DNA of 64,000 nucleotides from Podarcis pityusensis (taxonomy: Eukaryota): NCBI GenBank assembly GCA_964106645.2, contig OZ067044.1; one strand, written 5' to 3'. The position numbers were made by a program, and so were the translations under genes. Below, in pieces: positions 12,656 through 24,160 of the stretch; position 1 is the stretch's first letter, and each line of letters begins with the position of its first letter. Below the pieces are notes generated by a model, which was given only the letters and a program-made list of their open reading frames with translations, made no database searches and had not been told where the DNA came from.

Positions 12656-13429
12656 ATCACTGAGGCAAGCTTTTTCTTTCCGTTTACAATGTCACAGCTT
12701 CTGTGATAGGTGGAGCTGCCAGTGAGGGACATTGTCTAAGTCTGTCCATTCATGCCTACATAACATGATTATTTTCAAAGTTCTAATATTTTTATTTCTG
12801 TAGAGCAAAGCACTTCCCTGTAAATGGTAGGGTGGTGCTCCACTATTTCAAGATGCTTGGTTTCTTTGAAGGTTTGCCCCTACCTCAAATTATCATTTTA
12901 GCTGTAGTGTGTTAACTCCATGAGTAGGGATGAGAGGAAATTTGTGGGAAATGTTTGCACTTAAAAAAACACAAAATACAAAAAACAAAAAGCCTACCAT
13001 TCTGTATTGATAACTAGGATTTAGCATGAAAACCCTCAAAGGTGGTTTATAGAAACCCTAACATAACATTTATTTTGACATATGAAATGGGGTTTTCCCC
13101 CAAAAAGGCACTTCTTTATTTCATTTTTCACTTCCAGTAAAAATGCAAGTAAGACCGACACCTTGTAGTTTGAATTATAAAATGTTGGTGGGTTATACTG
13201 GCACCCCTTGCACTTAAAAGATAATAAAATTCCACACCTCCTTCTATTTCTAAAATACTCTATTTTATAGACTATGCACCAGTTTAAAGGGTGTTTCCAC
13301 ACAGTAGTTCTGTTTCTCCAAAGAGACTCTCTTTGAACAGCCAGATCTCCCCTCCTGCTCCAACCACAACATGTCTTTCACAGCTGAAAATCAGCCAGAT
13401 CTCCCCTCTGGTGACTGCAGATTTCAGCT

Positions 13430-13448
13430 TGGTCACAAGGGGGCGCTC
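13430..13448 (+). promoter_or_regulatory. CTCF-binding motif
   Basis: TGGTCACAAGGGGGCGCTC closely matches the CTCF core TGGCCACCAGGGGGCGCT and retains a CpG in CpG-poor DNA. Confidence 0.6.
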
Positions 13449-13753
13449 CTGAGTTGCAAAAAGCGACTGACAACTGGCTAATTTCGAATGCCTCATTTAT
13501 ATGCTTGTGTGAATCTGAAAGCCATTCTAATTCAGAAAATATCCAATTTGCAATTCTGGATTTATTCAAAATAAAAAGTAGTTTTCATTGATGTATTTTG
13601 TTGTGGATATCAATATGATAGATCTTATCAATATTATCTGTACTGTAGTTTGTTGCAGTTTGCTCCTTCATAGCTTTTATGATGCATTTCATTTTGTATT
13701 TTCAGTATGTCAAGAAAGATAATATACCTGACTAATTCTATTTATTATTACAG

Positions 13754-13816
13754 GTTTCAAGACCCTTCTTATTCTTAGAAGGCATCCACTGCTAAGAACT
13801 GGAAAATCTGCTTAAG
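13754..13816 (+). other. Probable 63-nt non-coding exon 2 (5' UTR)
   Basis: Branch-point-like GACTAAT (13730-13736), T-rich tract and CAG acceptor, donor AAG|GTAGAT. No ATG, and stops in all three frames. Confidence 0.65.
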
Positions 13817-16353
13817 GTAGATATTATGTGTTCTTTTCCATCTTTTTTTTTTTTAATGAATACTGTATGGGCATTCTACAAAGTATGTGAGTGAATTATG
13901 AGCCCTCAAAGACCATACAGTGCATGCATCTATTTCTACCTGGATTTCCTAGAAATTTATGTCCTAAAGGAAAGAGCAGCATGCCGCATAGCAATCAGCA
14001 ATACAATATCTGATATGGCATGTTAAAGTCTGCTCTGTAGCACAACAAGCACAGCATTGTGAATGCATTTGCTTTCTATACTTTGTGCATTGTTAATGAA
14101 TGTAGCCTTTTTGTTTTGGTGTTGGTAAATGGTGTAAGGATTTTAGGCATTGCAGAGTTTTTCATGTCTGTCTGAAGAGAAGTTCCTCAAAAGCTTGCCC
14201 TTGTCGTGAACTGAGATTAGTGCTACCAGAATGTGTAATCTCAGCTGCCTTTTGATCAGCACCCAGGGTCCAGAAACTGTGGGAAGAGTATTCTTATACT
14301 TATCCCATGACTTTGTGATTGCAGTGGAGTTGCTTTATTGCTGTGCCAAATTTTACCTTGTGAGTTATGTGGAAATTCTTACCAGAAAAATCTACTCCAT
14401 ATTTAGGCTGTATATCTTGGTACTGTGTAGAGTAACCTCCTAGTGAGGCAAGTTGAAGCTTCTCAATTTGCTTTCTTCTGAAGTGAGAAACATTTTTCAC
14501 TCCTGCTTAATTCTAAGAATACACTTAAGGAGCCTACGGGACTGTATGTTTGTTGCGGTTCCATCACTGCATTGCACAAGGTCAAAACTGAGCATATAAT
14601 TTTGTGTTGTGAGATTCTCAGTTTTTGGTTTTATGTAAGTAAGTTTCTAGTCCTTAGACTTCAAAGAGATGTAGTCAGTTGCCTGGTTAACATCACAGAA
14701 GCCAGATGATGAACTCAGTAGAATTTCTTCAAGCTGTAGGATTCACTTTTCTAGGAGCAATGAGGGAAGTTATACTCCTGATGTCCTTGTGTTTAAGGAA
14801 ACAATCCCTAAACCACTTGCATTGTTTTGGATTTCTAAAACAAGATATGATGGATACATGTAGTAGCTTGTGCTTTTGTGATAGCATGGTATTGAAGAAG
14901 AGAAAATGTATAAAAGGTCACCCGGAGCATGTTTTTGTTTACTTCCTCTAGATTGCAGACCTGGAAACCTGTCCCCAGCTTTTAGCCTCTTGTTCTGTAC
15001 TTGTGCCCAGCATCAATTTATGGCAGCCTGGTGACCCACCCACAAGGATTTTATGACTCACTGTTTTATCCTTTTCTCTCATTTTAGAACTGCTGAGTTA
15101 TATTTTAAATTTGCAAGACACTCAGAAAATGAGCTGGGATATGACTTCCGTTGTAACATGGGTTTTGTGTTTGTATGTCTGTCTGTCTTTTGTACCTAGC
15201 ACAATGCACATACAATATATTTATGTTCTGTTTCGTTTGAGATTACTGTTGGAGAGTGCTCAAAACATATGATGTCATCTAGAAATGAGCTTTATTTGGT
15301 CTTTTCTGTGAACTGCAGCCTCCTGTTCTCTTGAATACTCCAAACGTAACAGATTAAGTGAGTCATCAGACAACTGTGTAATCATCAGTTTGTTGGGTAA
15401 ATAACTTTCAGAGTGCAGTGCAGCATCTCCTTGGATAAAACTTTGTAACAGAATTCCTTTTGTGGGTTCTATTCATCACCACACTGTTAAAATTCGGGAA
15501 AGCAAAGACATATATGGCAAAAACCCCATGCTAAATAGTTAAAAAGAAAGTGTGTCAACAGTTCTTTAACCACACAAGTACACAAACCAAATAATGTCTC
15601 AATATTATTTGGATCATTCAGTATTAAAGTGGTGACCTTTCATCATGTACTTGCTTGCTTTGTTCTTTGGGGCTTATTCCAAAAACTGCATGAAGCCATG
15701 CATAGAATTGCAGTCTTAAGAAAAAAGGAGGTACACCAAGGCTGCCCACATATTGAACAGGACTGTATTCTTGAAAGTTTCTTGAATTAGTATGTATTGA
15801 TCACTGGATGAATGGTTTCCTACTCAAACTGAGACACCTTTTTCATATTTCTGCTAAGTCATGATTGCCCAAGATGGTCTTCAACAAGTCCCAATTCCTA
15901 CATTTTCCTTTTTGTCCAGTCACTTACCTTAGTAAGGTGGGAATTGTTTGGAATGAATGAGAGGAGAGTTGAAAAGCCTTTTGTACACTTACAAAATATC
16001 ATAAATTATTGCCCTTAAGTATCTTTCTGTGTTGTCAAACTTGCAAAGATAGCTCTGCTTTGTGCTATTTTTGCACATGTAAATCAACACTTGAAAACTA
16101 TACCACCTTGCTACTTGTAAGTATTGAGGTGTAAATTGAGTGCTGAGAGGAACAGATCTTGTGGAAAGGTTGGTAGGACTGGAGAGAGAGTTGGTTTAAG
16201 ACTAAGTACTGGAAGTCTGGCAGACATCCACTGACACAACTTAATCTGTGCAGTGAAGACTGAAGCTTTGTAGAAAGTGCACAGGATTACTTCCAGCAGT
16301 AATGACTACTTAGTAATCCAAAGAACAGCAAGCTATTCTGCTCAGAGTAGTGC

Positions 16354-16462
16354 TACTCTGCTGCATATTACTGCATATTAGACATTACTCTGCTGCATAT
16401 TACTGCATATTACACATTACTCTGCTGCATATTACTGCATATTGCTGCATATTACACATTAC
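16354..16462. repeat. Minisatellite, ~32-bp unit x ~3 built from CTGCATATTA sub-repeats
   Basis: TACTCTGCTGCATATTACTGCATATTA(G/C)ACAT repeated. Confidence 0.9.
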
Positions 16463-17554
16463 ACCGCTGGCTGTATTTGGATGAAGTATTTGGATGAAGT
16501 ATTACCTTCATGTCCATACTGGGAACTCTGTCTTAATGGCTAACAAATCAGGATAATTAGGTTGTAGGGAGAAGCAAGGGAGGAGCATGTTCCCTTGGTG
16601 CTCATCATGGCTTAATACAGGAGTGACCAACATTTTGGGACCTCCAGGCACATTAGCCCATTGAAGAAACTGTTGTAGGCACCACACGTACAGCAGCCAA
16701 GCATAGGTGGCAACCTGCTCTGTTGGCTGCAGTAGAATACTTCTAAGTAACCCCAATTCAGCATGGGTGTGTGGAGGGAACTCCAAAGGCACAAGGGAAG
16801 ACTTCTGCAGGCACATGTGTGCAGGCACATTATGAAGCTGCAGATGAACATCTGCTCATGATCACTGTGTCTGGACTGGAGCCTGTTCCTGGGCCACTTT
16901 CCCAGATTGTACACTGCTTCCTTCAGTAAGCTAAGCTGTGTATGAAGGCTTGATATGAATTATGGAACCTTTTTATTTTTAAACTCTGAGGTTTAGATTA
17001 TACTATTTGTATCATGTGGTGACATCTTGATCAGCTTTCTTATGATGATGTATGCCTGTTAGCATCCTAATAGCATTTACACATAATAGCATTAATATCC
17101 CCGTAAACACATGACAGCATTAATTTTCCCATCCTTTGAAAATATTTTAAAATGCCTTTACATGCCACATTCAAAATTGCCCATCGATGTTGTAGCAATC
17201 AAGTGATAAGCATCTATGTGAGTACAGAGCCAAAAAATGTGTTCCAGAGCACTGCAACTCACTTTGATACTAACCTGTGACACTTGTAAGGTATACCAGG
17301 AATGGCTAATTTGTAGCCCACCAGATTTTGTTACTCCAAATTTCCAACATGTCTGATGGGGTTGGGGTTCATAGGAACTGGAGTCCACAAACTTCTGGAA
17401 GCTACAGGTTAGCCACCTGATGTATACCTACATAAAACAGACAACCTAGCATTGGTGAATCTCATTTTTAATTTGGCAGATTTAAGTTCAACAATGCATA
17501 TACAACATATGGGGCATTCTAACTGTAGGGGACTGAATTTAAACCAAATAGCAT

Positions 17555-18407
17555 TTGTTGTTGTTGTTTAGTCGTTTAGTCATGTCCGACTCTTCGTGAC
17601 CCCATGGACCAAAGCACGCCAGGCACTCCTGTCTTCCACTGCCTCCCGCAGTTTGGTCAAACTTCGAGAACACTGTCCAACCATCTTGCCCTCTGTCGTC
17701 GCCTTCTCCTTGTGCCCTCCATCTTTCCCAACATCAGGGTCTTTTCCAGGGAGTCGTCTCTTCTCACGAGGTGGCCAAAGTATTGGAGTTTCAGCTTCAG
17801 GATCTGTCCTTCCAGTGAGCACTCAGGGCTGATTTCCTTCCTCGATCTTCTTGCAGTCCATGGGACTCTCAAGAGTCTCCTCCAGCACCATAATTCAAAA
17901 GCATCAATTCTAATGCTGTCTAGGTTTATCATTGCTTTTCTCCGAAGAAGCAGGCGTCTTTTAATTTCGTGGCTGCTGTCACCATCTGTAGTGATCATGG
18001 AACCCAAGAAAGTAAAATCTCTCACTGCCTCCATTTCTTCCCCTTCTTTTTGCCAGGAGGTGATGGGACCAGTGGCCATGATCTTAGTTTTTTTTATGTT
18101 GAACTTCAGACCATATTTTGCACTGTCCTCTTTCACCCTCATTAAGAGGTTCTTTAATTCTTCCTCACTTTCTGCCATCAAGGTTGTATCATCTGCATAT
18201 CTGAGGTTGTTGATATTTCTTCGGCAATCTTAATTCCGGCTAGGGATTCATCCAGTCTAGCCTTTCGCGTGATGAATTCTGCATATAAGTTAAATAAGCA
18301 GGGAGACAATATACAGCCTTGTCGTACTCCTTTCCCAATTTTGAACCAATCAGTTATTCCATATCAAGTTCTAACTGTAGCTTCTTGTCCCACATAGAGA
18401 TTTCTCA
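17555..18407 (-). mobile_element. Bov-B (RTE clade) LINE, 5'-truncated, with internal deletions
   Basis: Minus-strand translation gives LFNLYAEF...NINNLRYADDTTLMAESEEELKNLLMRVKE...RIDAFELWCWRRLLRVPWTARRS (RT YADD motif). Bov-B-type 3' UTR and (CAA)n tail. Confidence 0.95.
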
Positions 18408-20496
18408 TTCGTTACCTTGACAAAAATCTGCACTAATGTCCTTCCTGCTGAAGTTTGTAAAGAATAAATGTGAAGGAGGAAATGTTATATTTCCTTGTTC
18501 CAACTTTTCTTCCCCTGGGAAGCAACACATTTCTCTACAGACAGTTGGGCTGAGCTGCACCTTGGTAGTGCCTCTTTGAGCTTTAGTTGGGAATTAACTC
18601 TTCACACCTAGGGTTTTGCATGATGGATTGCAACATCAGTAGCCAACTTTTTCCTTAATCAGTGGTTAGCAAGGACTGTTTACTGAAATAATTAATGAAT
18701 CAAACTTTGTAGCAGTTATTAAATTCCATGCTGGCCTGATAAATGAAAAGCATGCAGAATTTATGCAGACCTGGCATAAAACTTAACAAATGTGCTCAGA
18801 TTTTTATTAGATTGTGTGAGTTGATTTGATCATTCCTATGCATGCCATTGGGTGATTGGTCCTTATTGTGTACTTCAAAGTCCTTTGTGTGTAAGCTACC
18901 CAAGAAGACAATTTGGCTTCTGCTGACTTTCTCTTGCCTTTCATGCCTCCTAAAATTAATCTCCAGCTTTCTTCACATAGACTGCCTTGCTTCTTCATTA
19001 CTACCAATGGACCTACATGTTTCACTTTAAAGGATGGAGATGAACCTGGCTGAATAGGCTTTATGTTCTATCCTAACAGCTCTGAGCACAACTTGAAACA
19101 TGCATCGTGCTTAACAGAGCCTCATTTGAATGTCTGGCACCCTTTCCTGGCCATATACAAACCCCATGGCTTCACTATGGGTCAACCTTTCTTTTCTCTT
19201 TCCCAGTGCTCTGTTTACCATCTAGTCTAATTAGTTGTGAAGACCTCTATAGTTAGCACACTATTTTGTGATTCTTTGGTTCACCTAATGCAGGTATTGC
19301 TCTAATATGAATTTTGGAATTATTATAGGCCTACGTGACTGCGTGTTCTGCTTATTCATAAGTAAAATACAGAAATGGTACAATGCTACCTCAGAGCTAT
19401 AAAAGGGATCTTTCTTGTAAAACAAGAAGCATTAGGAACAGAGTGCTGTTATGTGTTCATATAACCGTGTCTAAATTTGTTGATGTCCAGATTTTCACAC
19501 TAATCCAAAGTAAGTGATATTAGTTTGAGTAGCAAACATGATTTTGAGAAACAATATTGAACTAAGTTCCGCCAGTGTAGCCTAACTTGCACTACCAAGT
19601 GTCTTGCTTCTGCCTGATACAGTGTTCCCACTTAGCATGAAACCTAAGAAGGGCATGCTCAAACTTTGGAGAACAATCGCAACTGGGCAGTTTCTGGGGA
19701 ACTCTTTAATATATTGCGTTTCTATTTATCTTCCTAAGTCCTCTCTCTGCCTGTTTTTGTATAGCTTATCAAAGTATTATAGTTGGCGTTTTCAGTTCTG
19801 TTAAGGAAACTTGCCAAGAGTCTTCTAGTGAACTTCTGATGTCACACAATTATTTGAGAATGAAGAAAACTCCCCAAATGCCTTTCTTTTTGAAAGACTC
19901 AAATTGAACCAGAAGAACTCTTTCATCTTTGAATGGGTAGCATTTTCTGAATGGGACAGATCCCCTGATTATGTGGGGCATATGTGTGTTGTACATGACT
20001 ATTCATGATCCACAGATGAAGCCTACTGGCAGACAAGGTCTTTATTTTATTAAAACCAGAACATTACACTGGAAACGACACTATCTATGGTAAATGCATG
20101 TGTCTGTATCCTTAGGCTTATCAGTCTGGACAGATTAGCTATTAGGTTTTACTTTTGCTCTTGAGCAGAAAATAACCCCAAAGCTTTGTTCTGTTATAGA
20201 CTGTGGTGTTCTGGAATCGCCTAGATATGTCTTGTTGAAATATTCCACACAAGTGTTAAAAGCTCTGACGTGGTAGGTAATAGAACTGTTGACAGATCTT
20301 CAAGTCTAACATTGTGAATGGGTATAACTAAACGATATTTTTATGAGCCTAGATTTAGCTTTGTAAGTACTATTAATGATAGCAGGATTGTGGCTACCAT
20401 TACAAGTGGAGGTAATACATCCACTTACAAAGAAAAGGCTCCTTTCATTTCTGCTGATTAGCCTAATCTTTAATCTTACACAAGAAAGCCATTTCC

Positions 20497-21882
20497 TGTC
20501 CCTGGGGAGATGACGTTACAGGCTGGGAGCAAGCCCTCCCCACACGTATGGGGCGGGATAGCCCCTGCGCCATTGGTTGGTCCTCGGCCACGTCAACCCA
20601 AAGATTTCAAATTCGGATGGTCCGGGGGCATGGCGCGGGCTACTTAAACTGCCCACGGCCAAGGACATGTTCCTTTTCTCCCTGCTCAGTCAGTTCTCCC
20701 GCCCTCCCTCCCTTAGGTTAGGCTCTTTATCTCCTGACCTTGCTATGGACTTTGGTTGGTAGCCTGTTTTTTAACAGGGGCCTGGTAGGAATTTGTTCCA
20801 CTTGGCAAATTGGCACCGGCCATTTGGTTTTTTGCCTACCTCGTAGCAAATCGTCACAACCTTGTAAGGTTTGGCAGTTAGGCATTGGAGTATTAGGTTG
20901 AAGGTGAGGGGAGGTAGTGGCTATCACCTACCCCTCCTATTTCAAGGGAATTCCATTAAAGGAATCTGAGGGGCATAGTCTCTGTCCAAAGCCCCAGACG
21001 GGGGGCTAGGGCCATGACACGACCCCTAGCGGTGACCCTGGGGGAGTTCCTAGTTGATGTGCATCAGCAGGGCTCCCCCTTCTGGTGGTTAACCCTTCCA
21101 AGACTCCTGCAGATGGGCAGGAGTCAGATATAGTCTTGTGGTTTCCAATGCCTAAGCCAATACCACTCACATTCTTTAACCATCACCATCATCATCATCA
21201 AACCTTTTATTGGCATCACATACAAACATGCAAACATCCAAAACAAATCAATACAGAATTACCACTTCCCCAGTGGCACAAAACATTTGCTAAAAGAAAG
21301 GAGGCAGAGCCGTCTATCGTCACATCTCTAGGTCTCCAGGGAGATCAGGCATCTGCAGTGTATTTCTACGACAAAAAACCAAATAGAGATATTTAGCCAC
21401 TAACTTGGTGAGCTCCTGATCATTCCCCAGTAATAGAAAATGTATGACCTCCAACTCTGGTTTCCATTTGGGGATGCAGAGTTGATCTAGAAATTGCTGA
21501 TGGTGATCAGCATATAATTTACAGTTAAGAACCATATGTGTGAGGGTTTCCACCAGGTGGTCTTCACATGGGTGAGTTCTTTCTCCTTCCACCCTGCCTG
21601 AGAACCTTCCCCAAAGGAGGTTTGATGGATTTGAATTAAACCTGGCCAGCGAAAATGCCCTTCTTTCTTAAGCAGAAATGCAAGGTAATTGTGGTTAGTT
21701 TCATGTGCCCAATAAAGTTTAAAATAAAGAAGGGAACACGTTTTCTCTGCTGCTACTGTTAGTTCCTGATGCTCAATATCCTACAAGCAATAAAGTTGTG
21801 GCCTTTTTCACCCATTAACCTAAAATACTATTTCATGTGTCTTTATTGCACTTCCTGGGAGGGTTTGGGACCTTGCCACGCA
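20497..21882 (+). mobile_element. LTR-like element (possible solo LTR) interrupted by a LINE; ends approximate
   Basis: GC-richer block with ATTGG box, TATA-like TACTTAAA, and AATAAA at ~21788 after the insertion. TG...CA ends possible but no clear target duplication. Confidence 0.4.
21181..21782 (-). mobile_element. RTE-X-like LINE 3' fragment
   Basis: Minus strand reads RRAFSLARFNSNPSNLLWGRFSGRVEGERTHPCEDHLVETLTHMVLNCKLY (degenerate C-terminal CCHC knuckle). AATAAA and (GAT)n tail at the 3' end. Confidence 0.7.
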
Positions 21883-23377
21883 AAGTCAGACCTTATGGCT
21901 AATGTACAGAAAAAAAGTGACTATCGCTTCAGAATGTAGGTGAGGAAACATTACCTGCAAATGCTTCTCAACACTACCTATGGAAAGCTAATGTGTCCAG
22001 AAGAATGGCACTAATCCAACAGCCCCCCCCCCCCCGGCATTGTGTTTCTTTGTGCAGAAGATCATGTGTTGATGAGCATTCAGATATGATTCGCCATCTG
22101 CGTTCTGAAGTGGTATAGTACCAGAGAACTGCACCATGGGATCCCCCCCCCCCCGAATGTGATCAGTAGAGCTAAGAGCTAAATATGCTGTTCAGTGATT
22201 ATGAGAGAACCATGTATTTGTTCCAGGACAGATTTTGGAAGAAGTTCCTGGTGATGGAAGTAAGCTTGAAAGATGGCTTACAGTGCATGGGGAACTTGTT
22301 GCAGGTGAAATATACACACTGTACAAATCGTATTTATTGTTTCTTGAAAAGCCACTTCCTCAAATTTAGGTGACAAGCTTCTTGTAACAAAGCCACATAC
22401 TGTAGTAATGGGAAGAAGATGCAACATAGTTGCTAACCACTCAAGCGTAACACTGATTCTGAAATCCTTAACTAGAGCATTGGGCATGTTATAATTTGGT
22501 TTGGGGTGCAATATTCAGGACCCTGTAATTTTTTTACCCTCAGTTCTGTCCCTTATGGTTGCTAACTTAATCCAGAAAGATTGCAGACATGCCTAGTGAA
22601 CTCTCAGAAAAAAGAATGAGTAGGATTTCTAGTGGTCAGGCATGGAACTTCAGTGTTTCAGTGTAGCTATTTGTGTTTCCCATGAATAAATTATGGTAAT
22701 ACATTGATTTTGTTTTAATTGCATAATTAATACAGAGAGGGGAATTTAATTTTTCTTGCTGTGGATTTTTTGTTACTTTTGAGTAACAAATTTACTCAGC
22801 CTTCTCCTTAACTGTATATTTCCTTTTAAACAAGGCTAATGCTTAAACAAGAGAAAACTGATCTCTCATCTACCCATTTGAACCAGATGAATCTTGGTGA
22901 TTTCAGGGTGAGGTCTTGTTTACATAATAAACATCAGTTAAATGAAGTCTGAGACACAAAACATGCCTTTTTGGTTGTTGCTTCTCTCTGTTGAGGTCTG
23001 TAGTCCTGACCTTGCAGGAGTTCTGAAAACATTGCAAAAATCCTTTATTTTTTATAAAGGCTAGATTTAATTGACTTAAAAAAACAAGGATGAACATGGT
23101 TGAATATATTTGTGGATGTGGTAAATTTTAATGGAAATTTGTGTAACTATTGGTTAGTTGCTGTGCTGATGTTTCTGTAAGCGTGTCTTCTGTAAGCCAC
23201 TCAGAATTTACTAACTATTGGAGGGGATAGAAATTGCAAAATGAACACAGTCGTAGAACCATACAGTCCCAGTTCAGGTTTTGCCAAACTTATATTTTAC
23301 TGCATTTGTTATGTAACTTAAAATTTGTGGTGTTGGGGGTGGAGGGAAAAGGGGAACATGTCTCTTATGCTCAAGTC

Positions 23378-24160
23378 CATGGGTTGGCAGACTAAGGCCT
23401 GCAGGCCGAATCAGGCCCACCAGGGTCGTAAATCTGGCCAGTGGACCCTGCCACCTGCTCGGTCAGTCCCCACACACTGAGCTAAACCAGCATGGTGTTT
23501 CCTTGAAAAGAAGCCGTGGACGCCTCTCTGTGCGGGGACTGACTTCCGCGATGCTGACACGGCTTCAGATTGGCTGCAGGAAGCTCCTGCAGCCAATCCA
23601 AAGCTGCAGACACCTCTGGGCAGGCAGCAACGCTGGCGAAGCTTTGGATAGGCTGCAGGAAGTTCCTGCAGCCAATCTGAAACCTCGCTGCCCGTGCGCT
23701 GAGGCGTCTGCTGGCGGGCAGGTGGTGGGTCTGGGCCGTGCCGTGGGCATCGTGATGGGCGCATCACAGGGCTTCAGCCGGAGCTTGGTGCACCTGCTGG
23801 CCCTGCACCCGGCTCGGTGCTGCTGCTGGTGGCACACTTGGCTGCCACGCTGGAGCAGCTGGATGGCGAGCTGCGCGCCCCTCCTGCCCGCTGACCTGGC
23901 CTTGAACGACGGGCCGCAGCGCGTGATCCATGCCGCCTGGGAGCTCCGCAGGGACAGGCCGAAGGAGTGGCCGCTGCTTGTCAACAATGCTGGTGAGCAG
24001 GCGGAGCTGAGACGTGCTCCTGAGTGCGTGCAAAGTGTGTTCCTCCTCCAGGTCCGGAAGCAGGTGCAGGACCGACTTGCAGGGCGACTTCCTGCAGGGG
24101 CCGCTCTGCTTCCTTAGAAAGGCCTGATCCCCCGGGAAAGGCCTAAGGCAGGGCTTTAGG
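23378..24160 (+). mobile_element. Non-autonomous hAT (Charlie-like) element carrying a captured gene fragment; right end not found
   Basis: CATGGGTTGGCAGACTAAGGCC matches the reverse-complemented terminus of the intact hAT MITE at 38775-39021 (CAGGGGTAGGCAACCTAAGGCC) at 18/22 positions. Followed by GGCC-rich subterminal sequence and internal palindromes. Confidence 0.65.
23698..23992 (+). pseudogene. SPR: Sepiapterin reductase exon-1 fragment (non-processed, frameshifted)
   Basis: Joining frames gives GLGRAVGIVMGASQGFSRSLVHLLA / PGSVLLLVAHLAATLEQLDGELRA / PADLALNDGPQRVIHAAWELRRDRPKEWPLLVNNAG. This aligns with vertebrate SPR [46 protein letters not shown]. Ends at G|GTGAGC, the phase-1 exon-1 donor position. 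Start ATG not seen and exons 2-3 absent. Confidence 0.88.

Noticed and set aside
17604-18233. 209-aa plus-strand ORF
   Set aside because: Antisense frame of the Bov-B reverse transcriptase.
23503-24117. 204-aa ORF as a functional SPR gene
   Set aside because: Non-ATG start, homology switches frame twice, cofactor motif degenerate, and catalytic exons 2-3 absent. Treated as a pseudogene fragment.
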